Source: a virus. Taken from it: a stretch of 64,000 nt of DNA. The position numbers were made by a program, and so were the translations under genes. Shown here in pieces: positions 8,831-18,860 of this stretch (position 1 is the stretch's first letter; each line of letters opens with the position of its first letter). The notes under the pieces were generated by a model. That model was not told where the DNA came from and made no database searches. It saw only the letters and a program-made list of their open reading frames with translations. The DNA lies in the IMG/VR virus record IMGVR_UViG_3300028831_000232, positions 27,244-91,243 of that record. One strand, written 5' to 3'.

Positions 8831-9728
8831 GGTCGTCAGCAGAGCTTCGTGGGTGGCTCGGGCGCCGCGCTCCCGAGTCTCGCTGCCCGGCAGCCAGGGC
8901 AACACCATCCACTACGAGGGTGGCGCACTGGGGAATTACGACCACTCGAAGTGCCCCGGCATGGTGCGCTCGATCCAGAACTACCACATGGACACGATGG
9001 GGTGGGCCGACATCGCCTACTCCACCATCACCTGCCGGCACGGCACGATCTACGACTGCCGGGGCTACGGGATCCGCACCGCCGCCCAGGGAACCCAGAC
9101 CGGCAACGACATCAGCCACGCCCACTGCGCCATGATCGGCAACGGCGACAGCGTTCCCGAGGAGCTGAAGGACGCTCTGCGCTGGATCGTGGAGCAGTAC
9201 CGCCAGAAGGGTTCGGGCGACAAGCTCTGGGCGCACTGCGACTGGCACTCCACCGGCTGCTGCGGGCCGGTGCTCATTCCCTGGACCCACAACGGCATGC
9301 CGGACGAGATTCCGCCCATGCCCTCGCCCGAGGAGATCATCGTCAAGTTGAACGCACCCCAGGTCACCATCCTCAACCACCTGGACTGGGACGGCTACCT
9401 CCAGGTCTGCGCCGACGGCGGCGTCTTCCAGCAGGGCAACCCGCCCTTCTACGGCTCGCTGGGCAACCTGAAGCTGAACTCCCCCATCGTGGACGCCGAC
9501 GTGATGCCCGACGGCAAGGGCTACATCCTCGTCGGGGCCGACGGCGGCATCTTCAACTTCGGCTCTGCGCCGTTCGAGGGAAGCCTGGGCGGCACGCACC
9601 TCAACAAGCCCATCGTGTCGATCTCCATCACGAAGACCGGCCAGGGCTACCTCATCGGTGCCCAGGACGGTGGCGTCTTCGCTGAAGGCGACGCCGTGTT
9701 CAAGGGTGCCGGGCAGTACCAGGGGTGA
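8823..9728 (+). CDS. Endolysin: Amidase_2 (PGRP-like) plus C-terminal ADGG[VI]F repeats
   Basis: VVSRASWVAR, TIHY, HMDTMGWADIAYS, AHCDWHSTGCCG; three DGG[VI]F repeats. Confidence 0.9.
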   Translation: MPEVVSRASWVARAPRSRVSLPGSQGNTIHYEGGALGNYDHSKCPGMVRSIQNYHMDTMGWADIAYSTITCRHGTIYDCRGYGIRTAAQGTQTGNDISHAHCAMIGNGDSVPEELKDALRWIVEQYRQKGSGDKLWAHCDWHSTGCCGPVLIPWTHNGMPDEIPPMPSPEEIIVKLNAPQVTILNHLDWDGYLQVCADGGVFQQGNPPFYGSLGNLKLNSPIVDADVMPDGKGYILVGADGGIFNFGSAPFEGSLGGTHLNKPIVSISITKTGQGYLIGAQDGGVFAEGDAVFKGAGQYQG

Positions 9729-9731
9729 TCC

Positions 9732-10010
9732 TTGCTGTTGGCTGCGACCGATCCCAGTAGCGCCATCAATTTTGCCCAGTACGGCGTACTGGGCCTCATC
9801 GTTCTGGGGTTCATCTTCGGCAAGATCGCCCCCGGCTACCTACTCGACCGTGCCGAGCAACGGATCGCTGAAAAAGACGCCATCATCGAGAAGATGAGGC
9901 TGGCGATGGAGGACAAGACGGTGCCGGCACTGATCCGCTCCACCGAGGCATTGGCCGAAGCCACCGACATCCTGAGCCGGCGCCGGCCGCCGGGAGCTGC
10001 AAGCCGATGA
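9732..10010 (+). CDS. Membrane protein of lysis cassette (holin-like)
   Basis: One TM segment (YGVLGLIVLGFIFG) then coiled coil. Confidence 0.65.
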   Translation: MLLAATDPSSAINFAQYGVLGLIVLGFIFGKIAPGYLLDRAEQRIAEKDAIIEKMRLAMEDKTVPALIRSTEALAEATDILSRRRPPGAASR

Positions 10011-10196
10011 TCTACTTCCTGCTGGCGGTCTTCGGTGGCAAGGCCAAGAAGGCGGCCGAAGAAAAACAGCGTCCTGTCGAACTGGCCGCCTCGGAGACTA
10101 TTCGGCGTCTTGAGCTGCTCACCGACCGCCTCGAAGCCTCTGTGGTGGTACTGGAGCACATCATCGAAACCATGCGACGAGAAGAGGAGGAAGTAC

Positions 10197-10207
<11 letters not shown>
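10007..10207 (+). CDS. Small membrane/coiled-coil protein
   Basis: Hydrophobic N-terminus; ATGA coupling. Confidence 0.55.
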
Positions 10208-11559
<1,352 letters not shown>

Positions 11560-11564
11560 AGGCT

Positions 11565-11882
11565 CTAGACGGCCTTCTGCTCCTTCGCCTCGGGGTAGAG
11601 CATCTGGTTGACCCGCTGCCGGCTGATGCCGAAGTGCATGGCGGCCTTGGTGGCCGTCCAGCCGTAGCAGCGGTGGGCGTTGCGGATGTGGTCGTTCCGG
11701 CGCTCGTTCCGGCGCTCGTTGACCCCCAGCGGGCCGTCCCAGGCGCAGGCCGTGGAGCAGTACAGGCTGATGCCGGGGGAGGGCGCCGTCCCCCAGCCCA
11801 TCTCCTGGCCGCAGCCGCGACAGCGGACGGGGAAGACCAGCTGGCCCTCCCGATCCTCGAAGATCTCGATGTCGGTCGTCAT
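11565..11882 (-). CDS. Zn-finger plus HTH DNA-binding protein
   Basis: CRGC...CSTAC and [16 protein letters not shown]. Confidence 0.7.
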   Translation of the reverse strand: MTTDIEIFEDREGQLVFPVRCRGCGQEMGWGTAPSPGISLYCSTACAWDGPLGVNERRNERRNDHIRNAHRCYGWTATKAAMHFGISRQRVNQMLYPEAKEQKAV

Positions 11883-12163
11883 GTGCCCATCCCTGGGAAG
11901 GCCAGCTGGCCCTCGCCGGGTCGGGCGCCGGCCGTGGAGTTGTACCGGTCCATCTCGGCCAGGACTTCGAGCACCTCGGTCAGCATCCGGCTGGGGAAGA
12001 GGTAGCCCTTGCCGTACTCGTCCTGGCTGGGGATGTAGTCCCGCAGCTCCACGAATTCGAGGCCCTCGATCCTGGTGAACGAGATGTGCATCTCCAGGTC
12101 CCGGCCCTTGCGGAACCGGCGCTGAAGCTTCGTGCTGATCATGTCGTTGTCGGTCACGGCCAT
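11879..12163 (-). CDS. PC4/YdbC-like ssDNA-binding protein
   Basis: [18 protein letters not shown]...GKGYLFP; AAGGAG RBS. Confidence 0.7.
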   Translation of the reverse strand: MAVTDNDMISTKLQRRFRKGRDLEMHISFTRIEGLEFVELRDYIPSQDEYGKGYLFPSRMLTEVLEVLAEMDRYNSTAGARPGEGQLAFPGMGT

Positions 12164-12191
12164 GGCGGTTGTCTCCTTGTCGGTCAACATC

Positions 12192-12497
12192 TTACCGGGT
12201 GGGGGTTGCGGGCTGGGCGAACGCCTGGGCGTCCTCCTGGGCCTTGAACCGGTGGTAGGTGAACATGTCGCCGGCTCGGGTGATCACCGTCCAGGGGCCG
12301 CCGTAGGCCGGCGCCTGGGGGTCGTAGAACGGCCCGGCGGTGACCACCGGGCGCGCCGGCTCCGGGGCCGCAGGTGGCTTTGTAGCGGCCTTACGGCCCC
12401 TCTTAGGTGCCGACGGCTCGGAAAGGTCGCGGGGTTTCTCGGATTTCTTGCCCTTGGCCTCGAAGGCCGGCGGGGTGGGCTTGAGCTTGGAGGCCAT
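12192..12497 (-). CDS. Hypothetical protein
   Basis: 101 aa, coupled. Confidence 0.6.
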   Translation of the reverse strand: MASKLKPTPPAFEAKGKKSEKPRDLSEPSAPKRGRKAATKPPAAPEPARPVVTAGPFYDPQAPAYGGPWTVITRAGDMFTYHRFKAQEDAQAFAQPATPTR

Positions 12498-12655
12498 CAG
12501 CCCCGCTCCAGGTCGGCCTGGATCGCCTGCACCCAGTTTTGGCAGTGCGAGGCGATCCGCCGGTACATCTCGATGCTCTCCTCCTGGCTGAAGGCGTCGG
12601 GGTCGCCGGCCACCTCATCGATGTGGTTGAGTAGCTCTTCGAGAACCTCCTCCAT
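12497..12655 (-). CDS. Hypothetical protein
   Basis: Hand translation MEEVLEELLNHIDEVAGD...; TGATG at both ends. Confidence 0.6.
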   Translation of the reverse strand: MEEVLEELLNHIDEVAGDPDAFSQEESIEMYRRIASHCQNWVQAIQADLERG

Positions 12656-12822
12656 CACAGGTCACGTTCCAGCACATGGGTCAGGGCCTCTTCCCGCTCC
12701 CGGCGGAAGAAGTCCTCCCGGTACCGCTCCATGGCCCGGAAGAGGGCCTCCCGGTTCTCCTCGGTGGGATCCTCCCGGTAGGCCACCACGGCGGCGTCCA
12801 GGGCGGTGAGGAGCGGGTTCAT
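12655..12822 (-). CDS. Hypothetical protein
   Basis: MNPLLTALDAAVVAYREDP...; coupled. Confidence 0.6.
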   Translation of the reverse strand: MNPLLTALDAAVVAYREDPTEENREALFRAMERYREDFFRREREEALTHVLERDL

Positions 12823-12977
12823 CGGGCGTACTCCAGATCGCGAATCCGACCCTCCAGCCGGTACACGTCGTCCTTGGCGTTGCGGGCGTCGCGCTCGGTC
12901 TGGTCGAGCCGGGCCTCCAGGTCGCGGACCCGGCGCTCCAGCCGGCCCAGCTCGGTGTAGATGATGTCGATGTCCAT
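12819..12977 (-). CDS. Coiled-coil hypothetical protein
   Basis: MDIDIIYTELGRLERRVRDLEARL...; AAGGAG RBS. Confidence 0.6.
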   Translation of the reverse strand: MDIDIIYTELGRLERRVRDLEARLDQTERDARNAKDDVYRLEGRIRDLEYAR

Positions 12978-12992
12978 GGGCGGGGTCGCTCC

Positions 12993-14399
12993 TTACTTGC
13001 TGTACTTGTTGCGGAGGTAGTTGATGACGGCCTGGTTGATCTCGGCCTCGCCGCTGTCGATCACGCCGCCGTCCATGACGGCCTTGATGACGGCCCGCTT
13101 GCTCTCGATCAGCTCGTAGACCATCTCGTCCACCGTGTCCTCGGCCAGGAGGCTGGTGGCGAAGCACTGGGCCGCCTCCTGCCCGATCCGGTTGATCCGG
13201 TCCTCGGCCTGCTGCTGGGTGCCGGGGTTCCAGGGCTGCTCCACGAAAAGCACGTCGCTGGCGGCGGTGAGGGTGTGGCCCTCCTTGGCGGCCAGGATGC
13301 TGAGCACGATCACCCGGCTGGAGCGGTTCTGGAACAGCTCCTTGGCCGCCTCCACCTTCTCGGGCGACTGGCCGGCCAGAATGCTCGGGCAGCCGAAGTG
13401 GGCCACCAGCGCCTCCTGCACGGCGATGTGCCAGGCGAAGACCACGATGCTCTGGCCCTCGTTGCTGTCCAGCCAGTTCTCGATCCACTCGATGGTGGTC
13501 CGCACCTTGGCGAGGCCGGCGAGCTTCCGCAGCTCGGTCAGCTGGCGGATGGCCTGGGCGTCACCGCTGTCGGCCTTGCCGTTGTCGTTGAGGTAGCCGC
13601 CGAAGTCGGCCTCGGCCCGGCGGTAGGTGTCGAGGTCGCCGTTGAGGCTCAGCGTGGTGGGGATCCGCACGGTGTCGTTCATGCCCAGGGCCTCCTTGCG
13701 GAGCCGGCGCACGAAGCAGGCCGACCGCAGGCGGGTCTGCAGCTCGGCCTCGTTGCTGTGGCCGAGGAAGGTGGTCACGGTCTGGCCGCGGCCGATGTGC
13801 TTGCGCTCGGGGCCGCAGTACCGGAACTTGAACTTGCCCACCGGGTTCTTGGCCGGGCCGGTGACCTCTTCGAGCTTGCCGAGGATCTGGAGCTGGGCCA
13901 GCAGCTCGACCGGCCGGTTCAGCAGGGCGGTCCCGGTCAGGAGGAGCACGGCGCCGTCGGCGGGGACCTTGGCGGCCAACTTGGTGGCGGCCTTGGTGCG
14001 GAGCGAGTCGCCGTTCTTGCAGTAGTGGGACTCGTCCAGCACCAGGCCGGCGGGGGTGAGCTTCGGCTCCCAGGCGCCGAGGATGTCGTAGTTGATGACC
14101 AGGATGTCGGCCGTCTGGGGCTGGGCCTTCACGCCCTTGGCGATTTCGACCGACCGGCCGGGGAGCGCCCGGCGGATCTCCTTGGCCCAGTTCCCCTTGA
14201 GGCTGGCCGGGCAGACCACCACGGCCGGGAAGGCGCCCCGCAGCTGGAGGGTGACGAGGGCCTGGATCGTCTTCCCGAGGCCCATCTCGTCACCGATGAT
14301 CGTCCGACCGTCCGTCGCCAGGGCGTAGGCCACGCCCACCGTCTGGAAGTCGTAGAGGGACATGCCCTCGGGGAGAACGGAGTCGAAGTTCAGTGCCAT
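12993..14399 (-). CDS. SNF2/SWI2-family helicase ATPase core
   Basis: GDEMGLGKT, LDESH, LLTGT, QQAEDRINRIGQ; starts MALNFDSVLP. Confidence 0.9.
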   Translation of the reverse strand: MALNFDSVLPEGMSLYDFQTVGVAYALATDGRTIIGDEMGLGKTIQALVTLQLRGAFPAVVVCPASLKGNWAKEIRRALPGRSVEIAKGVKAQPQTADILVINYDILGAWEPKLTPAGLVLDESHYCKNGDSLRTKAATKLAAKVPADGAVLLLTGTALLNRPVELLAQLQILGKLEEVTGPAKNPVGKFKFRYCGPERKHIGRGQTVTTFLGHSNEAELQTRLRSACFVRRLRKEALGMNDTVRIPTTLSLNGDLDTYRRAEADFGGYLNDNGKADSGDAQAIRQLTELRKLAGLAKVRTTIEWIENWLDSNEGQSIVVFAWHIAVQEALVAHFGCPSILAGQSPEKVEAAKELFQNRSSRVIVLSILAAKEGHTLTAASDVLFVEQPWNPGTQQQAEDRINRIGQEAAQCFATSLLAEDTVDEMVYELIESKRAVIKAVMDGGVIDSGEAEINQAVINYLRNKYSK

Positions 14400-14456
14400 G
14401 TACCCAATATCGGCCGTCAGGCGGCCTAACGCAAGAGGACAGGCCCAAAATCTTGC
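14400..14456 (-). promoter_or_regulatory. Dyad site A (GCAAG-N16-CTTGC, 14431-14456) with possible leaderless promoter
   Basis: Minus strand TTGCGT-17 nt-GATATT-6 nt-ATG; 23/27 identical to the site at 18785. Confidence 0.55.
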
Positions 14457-14461
14457 GGGAA

Positions 14462-14620
14462 TTAGGACAATTCGGTACGGATCTTCCGCTCCGGGTGGGG
14501 GTGCTTCGTGGTCACGCGCCGAGCGACCATGAGGTTGTACCAACCGGCTCCGCTCACGCAGAGCTGGCCGGCATCGACCCCGCAGTAAGGGCAGGGGCCG
14601 TAGTCGTCGGGATAGGTCAC
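14462..14620 (-). CDS. Small zinc-finger protein
   Basis: GTG start overlapping TAG; CPYCGV...C...H. Confidence 0.6.
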   Translation of the reverse strand: MTYPDDYGPCPYCGVDAGQLCVSGAGWYNLMVARRVTTKHPHPERKIRTELS

Positions 14621-15129
14621 TATTCGGGTACCCAGGTCCCCGAGCCGGTGGGCGTGGCCTCCGTCTCGAACCACTCCTCCAGGTCGTCCCAGAGGATCTC
14701 CTCGAAGCGCTTGCGCTCGGCCTGCGTCGGCTGCAGCATCCGCATGGTGCCCTTCCCGTTCGCATCCAGCTCGTCCACGCCCTGCCAGAACGGACTGTCG
14801 GGCATCGGCTCACAGATCTCGAAGTCGAGCGGATCCCCGAAGTCATCCTGGGCCAGGCGGGCGTGGTCCCATTCGGGTGTGGCCTCCACGATCCGCCCCA
14901 CGCCGCTGGTGTCCACAACGACGTGCATCGGCACCATGATCCAGGCGCTGACGCCACGGCCGCCGTCCTGGTAGCGCTCGGGCGAGCTGATCTTCCAGCC
15001 CTGGCCCTCCAGGGAGCGGGCGTGGATGCCACACACCCACTTCTCGTCGCCATCGCCATTGGTCGCCACCGACTTCGCCGGATGGCTGCAGCCGTTGTGC
15101 TGGCAGATGGTTTTAGCGTGCGGCGCCAC
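14620..15129 (-). CDS. Hypothetical protein with N-terminal Cys/His finger
   Basis: CQHNGC...CGIH. Confidence 0.6.
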   Translation of the reverse strand: MAPHAKTICQHNGCSHPAKSVATNGDGDEKWVCGIHARSLEGQGWKISSPERYQDGGRGVSAWIMVPMHVVVDTSGVGRIVEATPEWDHARLAQDDFGDPLDFEICEPMPDSPFWQGVDELDANGKGTMRMLQPTQAERKRFEEILWDDLEEWFETEATPTGSGTWVPE

Positions 15130-15613
15130 TGAGTTTCTCCTTCAGCTTCTGCTGGTATTCCCGCCAGCTCTTGAGGCACTTCGGATGGATGGAGGCGTAG
15201 ACGTTGCGGTTGTTCTTGAAGCCGGCGTGGTACCGCTCGGTGGGACCGCGCCCACCGAAGCCGTCCTTGCGGCACCACTCGCAGACCTTGAACTGGTTCT
15301 TGACCGCCTTCAGCTGCGCCTCGATGCGGGCGTAGGCGTCCTCTCGGCGCATGTACGCCTGGGCGTCCTCACCCAGCCAACTGGCGAACCGGGCGAGGGA
15401 GTCGAGCACGTCGCGCTCCAGCCGTTCCTTCTTCTTGTACTGGCGCAGGTACTTGTTCGGCTCGTCGTTGTCGGGATCGAGGTCGTCTTGGGTCAAGCCG
15501 TATTTGGCGATGAGCTTGTCGGCCAACGCCTTGGCCGTGACCGCCTCGTCGCCGGTACCGGTTGAATGGCGAAGCAGGCCCCGCACCTTGCGGGCGGCGT
15601 CATCCCTCTCCAT
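15113..15613 (-). CDS. DUF2786-like N-terminal domain protein
   Basis: KVRGLLR...EAVTAKALADKLIAKYGL; C-terminal CEWC..HPKC. Confidence 0.6.
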   Translation of the reverse strand: MERDDAARKVRGLLRHSTGTGDEAVTAKALADKLIAKYGLTQDDLDPDNDEPNKYLRQYKKKERLERDVLDSLARFASWLGEDAQAYMRREDAYARIEAQLKAVKNQFKVCEWCRKDGFGGRGPTERYHAGFKNNRNVYASIHPKCLKSWREYQQKLKEKLSGAAR

Positions 15614-15788
15614 CGTCCGGCTCCCGGTCTACGAGGTGCTCGATCACGAGATCGGACAGCTTGTTGGGCGTGGCCGCCCGCAGCATGGCCGTGCAGCTGC
15701 AGACGCAGAAGTAGCGCCCCTGGTCGTCCTTCTGGAGGGGGGTCATCTTGTGACCCTCCCGAAGGCGTGGCGCCGGCTTGTCAGCCAT
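15600..15788 (-). CDS. Small Cys/His protein
   Basis: H...CVCSC...H; GGAGG RBS. Confidence 0.6.
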   Translation of the reverse strand: MADKPAPRLREGHKMTPLQKDDQGRYFCVCSCTAMLRAATPNKLSDLVIEHLVDREPDDGEG

Positions 15789-16017
15789 GCTGCGTTCCTC
15801 CATCGACCGGGGTGGCCTTCTGCATGACGAAGGCGCCCGTCTCGACCATGAGTTTGAACGCCTTCTCCAGGCTGATCTTCTTGCGGGCCGCCAGCAAACG
15901 CAGGTCCCTGATCAACTTCGGGTCCTCGATCTCGCCGTTCATGTAGACGGCGGGATTGCCGTCCGGGTCCTCGCCCAGCGTGACGTGGAAGTTCTCGTAG
16001 CCCTTCTTAGGCGCCAT
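15781..16017 (-). CDS. Hypothetical protein, C-terminal VDGGTQ tag
   Basis: MAPKKGYENF...PVDGGTQHG. Confidence 0.65.
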   Translation of the reverse strand: MAPKKGYENFHVTLGEDPDGNPAVYMNGEIEDPKLIRDLRLLAARKKISLEKAFKLMVETGAFVMQKATPVDGGTQHG

Positions 16018-16237
16018 TGGAGGACACCATCGAGTCGGTGTAGACGCGCACCACGATGGTGTCGTAGGCCCCGCCCTTCTCGGACTTCCGAGCGGTGCGC
16101 TTGGCGCCGGCCGCCGCCATCTGATGGGCCAGCTTGGCCGGGATCTTGAATGTGGTGACCGTCGGTGCGCTGCCATCTCGTGGCTGGTGGCGGATCTCCA
16201 GCTGCGCCAGCTTGAAGGACTCGATGTTCTGTGCCAT
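16007..16237 (-). CDS. Hypothetical protein
   Basis: AAGGAG RBS; MAQNIESFK... Confidence 0.6.
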   Translation of the reverse strand: MAQNIESFKLAQLEIRHQPRDGSAPTVTTFKIPAKLAHQMAAAGAKRTARKSEKGGAYDTIVVRVYTDSMVSSNGA

Positions 16238-16277
16238 GCCTATCCTCTCCTTGCCCAATTGACGTTCATGTACATGC

Positions 16278-16466
16278 TCATGGCTTCCTCAGTGTCCTCT
16301 TGACGACCCGCTCGGGCTGCTGCTCTTCGTAGTGGTGCGGACATTCGCAGACGTAGGTCTGACCGTGCTGACCGGTGTAGGTGTGACGACACAGGTGGTG
16401 CAGGGCCGGCGGGTGGCCGGGCTGATCGTTGCACCAGCCGGTAATGAAGGGTGGCTTGTCAGACAT
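16278..16466 (-). CDS. Cys/His hypothetical protein
   Basis: GWC...HHLC...CECPHH. Confidence 0.6.
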   Translation of the reverse strand: MSDKPPFITGWCNDQPGHPPALHHLCRHTYTGQHGQTYVCECPHHYEEQQPERVVKRTLRKP

Positions 16467-16514
16467 TGCCTCGCCCCAGATTTCGCTGAGCATGCTTCTG
16501 GAGATCCGGCTGGC

Positions 16515-16721
16515 TCATCCGATCAGCTCCTGCAATGCGGTTAGCCGCTCCTTGTAGCGGCCCACCAACTGCAGCGCATGCGCTCGTTCAGCATCCGACA
16601 AGGTGCCGACATCGACGTATCCGTCGTACGCCTTCTGGGTCAGGGTCACGGCCTTCTCCAGATGACGGTGGGCCTCGGCCGTCCGCTCTGCCGGTGTGCG
16701 GTCCTTCGGTGAGCGGGGCAT
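16515..16721 (-). CDS. Hypothetical protein
   Basis: TGATG-coupled, MPRSPKDR... Confidence 0.55.
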   Translation of the reverse strand: MPRSPKDRTPAERTAEAHRHLEKAVTLTQKAYDGYVDVGTLSDAERAHALQLVGRYKERLTALQELIG

Positions 16722-16918
16722 CACCCGATCATCCCCAGCACCTGCCACGGCTCCACGAGGGCGATGACCTCTTCGTCGTTGAGCATCCCGTTCATCAGCT
16801 CCTGGGCCGGCCGGTGGTCAACAGCGAAGGTGACGGTGCGACCGTCCTCCAGGGACGTGCCCCGGAATACCATCACGCTGCCCTCGTTCCGCACGATGGA
16901 GACAACTTCGATTTCCAT
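16721..16918 (-). CDS. Hypothetical protein
   Basis: AGGAG RBS; MEIEVVSIVRNEG... Confidence 0.6.
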   Translation of the reverse strand: MEIEVVSIVRNEGSVMVFRGTSLEDGRTVTFAVDHRPAQELMNGMLNDEEVIALVEPWQVLGMIG

Positions 16919-16919
16919 T

Positions 16920-17324
16920 TCAGCTCCTCTGGGTGTCGCCATCGATGGCCGAGGCGAACAGATAGGGGGCGCCGGTCCTGGCCGCCCAGAATTGCGTGAT
17001 GAGGGACTCGACCCGATCCTGCACCATGCGCCGGCCGGCCTTCGGCAGACGGTGTCGGCGCACGAAGCCGTTGACGATGTAGGTGACCAGGCTCTCCCGG
17101 TCGCCGGCCTTGATGTACTGGACGCAGCGGTCGCAGGCCGCCCAGTCGCCGTCGGAGCCGATGGTGGGGTCGTCGCTGAAGACGAACGTCTCGGCCGGGC
17201 AGCTCCAGGGCGCCGACAGCGTCTGGCAGAAGTCGCAGGACCGGATGCGGTCCTTCCGGCGGCGCATGTTCCGGCCGTCGGCGCCCTGGTAGATCTCGTA
17301 GTCGTTGGCGTCCGGGCGGCTCAT
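16920..17324 (-). CDS. CxxC...CxxC protein, C-terminal IDGDTQ tag; paralog of 18861-19223
   Basis: CDFC...DGDWAACDRC...AGDRESL. Confidence 0.7.
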   Translation of the reverse strand: MSRPDANDYEIYQGADGRNMRRRKDRIRSCDFCQTLSAPWSCPAETFVFSDDPTIGSDGDWAACDRCVQYIKAGDRESLVTYIVNGFVRRHRLPKAGRRMVQDRVESLITQFWAARTGAPYLFASAIDGDTQRS

Positions 17325-17584
17325 GACGGCGGCCCGTACGGGTCGAAGGTTTCGCCCATGCACTCCTCGCACCACTCCTCGGGGCAGCTGGCGAAGGCGC
17401 GGGCCAGGGCCAGCGTCTGGTGGGAGCAGACGCCGCCGTGCTCGTCGCAGACGGTGTTCCAGCGCCCGCCCTCGGGGTCCAGGCCGGCCGGCTCGGCGTC
17501 GAGCACGAGGACGAGCGTGCCGGTGGAGCGGGCGCGGGTGGCGTAGCGGCAGCCGGCGTACTGGGCGGCAACCTTGGCGCTCAT
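17321..17584 (-). CDS. Cys/His hypothetical protein
   Basis: RWNTVCDEHGGVCSH...CEEC. Confidence 0.65.
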   Translation of the reverse strand: MSAKVAAQYAGCRYATRARSTGTLVLVLDAEPAGLDPEGGRWNTVCDEHGGVCSHQTLALARAFASCPEEWCEECMGETFDPYGPPS

Positions 17585-18558
17585 CGGAGCTGCCCCTCCA
17601 CCAGGGCCACGAACTCGGCCGGCAGCTCCTCGGGCCGGCTGATGGCACTGACCCGCAGGAGCATCTCGGCCTTCGTCAGGGCGGCCGTAGCGGCCTGCTG
17701 AGCGCCGCCCAGGGCCACCATGACCTCCTGGGCCACCCGGAGGCCCACCCGGCCTGCAGCGGCCACCACAGCGGCTGCAGCGGGGTTGGAGAGCTTGACC
17801 CGCCAGCTCTTGTCGCTCGGCTCGAACCGGGCGCCGGCCTCCTTGATGGCGCTCTTGGCCTCGCCCCAGTTGCTGACCCCGCCGATGTTGAAGACGACCT
17901 CATCGTTGATGACGATGCCGTGGACCCGCTTGGCGGGATCGGCCGCCTTGGCCGGCTCGACCGTCAGGGCCTTCTCCAGCCAGGCGTCGGCCTCGGCGTC
18001 TTCGACCCGGAAGCCGTAGGTGGTGACCACGGCGGCGTGCTGGGCGTTGAGGCGCTCGGGAGCGACCCACCAGACCTTCGGCCACACCTGGCCGTCGAAG
18101 GTGGCGCCGGCCGCCTTGAGGGCGGTGCGGATGGCGTCGCCGCCCTGGTAGGGGTACTCGAACTCGACCCGGCCGGCGGGGCACTCCTGGCGGCCGGTGA
18201 CGAAGCGCACGAAGCGGCGGCTGGCCGCCTTACGCTCCCGCTCGAACCGGCGGGCGTCATCGCGGGCGTCCCGGTTGGTGGGCAGGCCCCTGGCCTCCCG
18301 CACGATGTCCAGCTCGGCCATGTCCACCCCGGTGTAGGCGAGGATCTGGCGCTTGTAGGTGAGGGCGATCCGGGCGGCCTCGGCGTGAACGGCCTCGGTC
18401 CAGCTCTCGAACGGCTCGGCGGCGATCCGGCGGCCGAACATGGTGTCCTGGCCGTTGAAGCCGACCCCGTCCTCGGTGACGGCCCCGTCGCAGTTGGAGG
18501 CCACGGCGCAGATGCCGTGGTAAACGGCCAGGCGCTGGGCTTCGATGGAGAGGGTCAC
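17581..18558 (-). CDS. Stand-alone helicase N-terminal module with two HARP-like repeats
   Basis: CDGA..EDGVGFNGQD..FG motif; LKAAGATFDG..KVWWV and IKEAGARFEPSDKSWRV repeats. Confidence 0.6.
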   Translation of the reverse strand: MTLSIEAQRLAVYHGICAVASNCDGAVTEDGVGFNGQDTMFGRRIAAEPFESWTEAVHAEAARIALTYKRQILAYTGVDMAELDIVREARGLPTNRDARDDARRFERERKAASRRFVRFVTGRQECPAGRVEFEYPYQGGDAIRTALKAAGATFDGQVWPKVWWVAPERLNAQHAAVVTTYGFRVEDAEADAWLEKALTVEPAKAADPAKRVHGIVINDEVVFNIGGVSNWGEAKSAIKEAGARFEPSDKSWRVKLSNPAAAAVVAAAGRVGLRVAQEVMVALGGAQQAATAALTKAEMLLRVSAISRPEELPAEFVALVEGQLR

Positions 18559-18752
18559 AGCGCCCACCCGGCCTTGACCTCGGCCCTGGGGGTGACCAGG
18601 GTGACCTTGGCGGCCGTGACCACCATGCGGATGCCGTCGGCGTCGTAGGAGACGAGGAAGGCGGGGTCCGAGCGCAGGGCGCCCCAGACGATGGCCTTCC
18701 GGCCCTCGAACTCGATGAGGTCGCCCTCGTGGATGGCGGGTGCTGTTGTCAT
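18555..18752 (-). CDS. Small beta-barrel-like hypothetical protein
   Basis: IHEGDLIEFEGRKAIV; directly after dyad site B. Confidence 0.6.
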   Translation of the reverse strand: MTTAPAIHEGDLIEFEGRKAIVWGALRSDPAFLVSYDADGIRMVVTAAKVTLVTPRAEVKAGWAL

Positions 18753-18784
18753 GTTCTCTTTATCGCCCATCCGGGGGTCCGACT

Positions 18785-18810
18785 GCAATAGTCCAGGCCC
18801 AAAACCTTGC
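18785..18810. promoter_or_regulatory. Dyad site B (GCAAT-N16-CTTGC)
   Basis: gcaatagtccaggcccaaaaccttgcg versus gcaagaggacaggcccaaaatcttgcg at 14431. Confidence 0.55.
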
Positions 18811-18860
18811 GTTTTCGTGGGGCGAATCGGGCATTCCTACCGCCCTGGAGCGGTAGGCGG

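Noticed and set aside
14400-15278. 761-aa version of the SNF2 ORF
   Set aside because: The extension overlaps two coupled genes in other frames and reads as low-complexity shadow sequence; start set at 14399.
17581-17601. C-termini VEGQLR (17581), GKSTQPPPGA (24057) and VDGAE (28503) as tag variants
   Set aside because: Each misses two or more of the invariant D, G, T, Q; at most degenerate.
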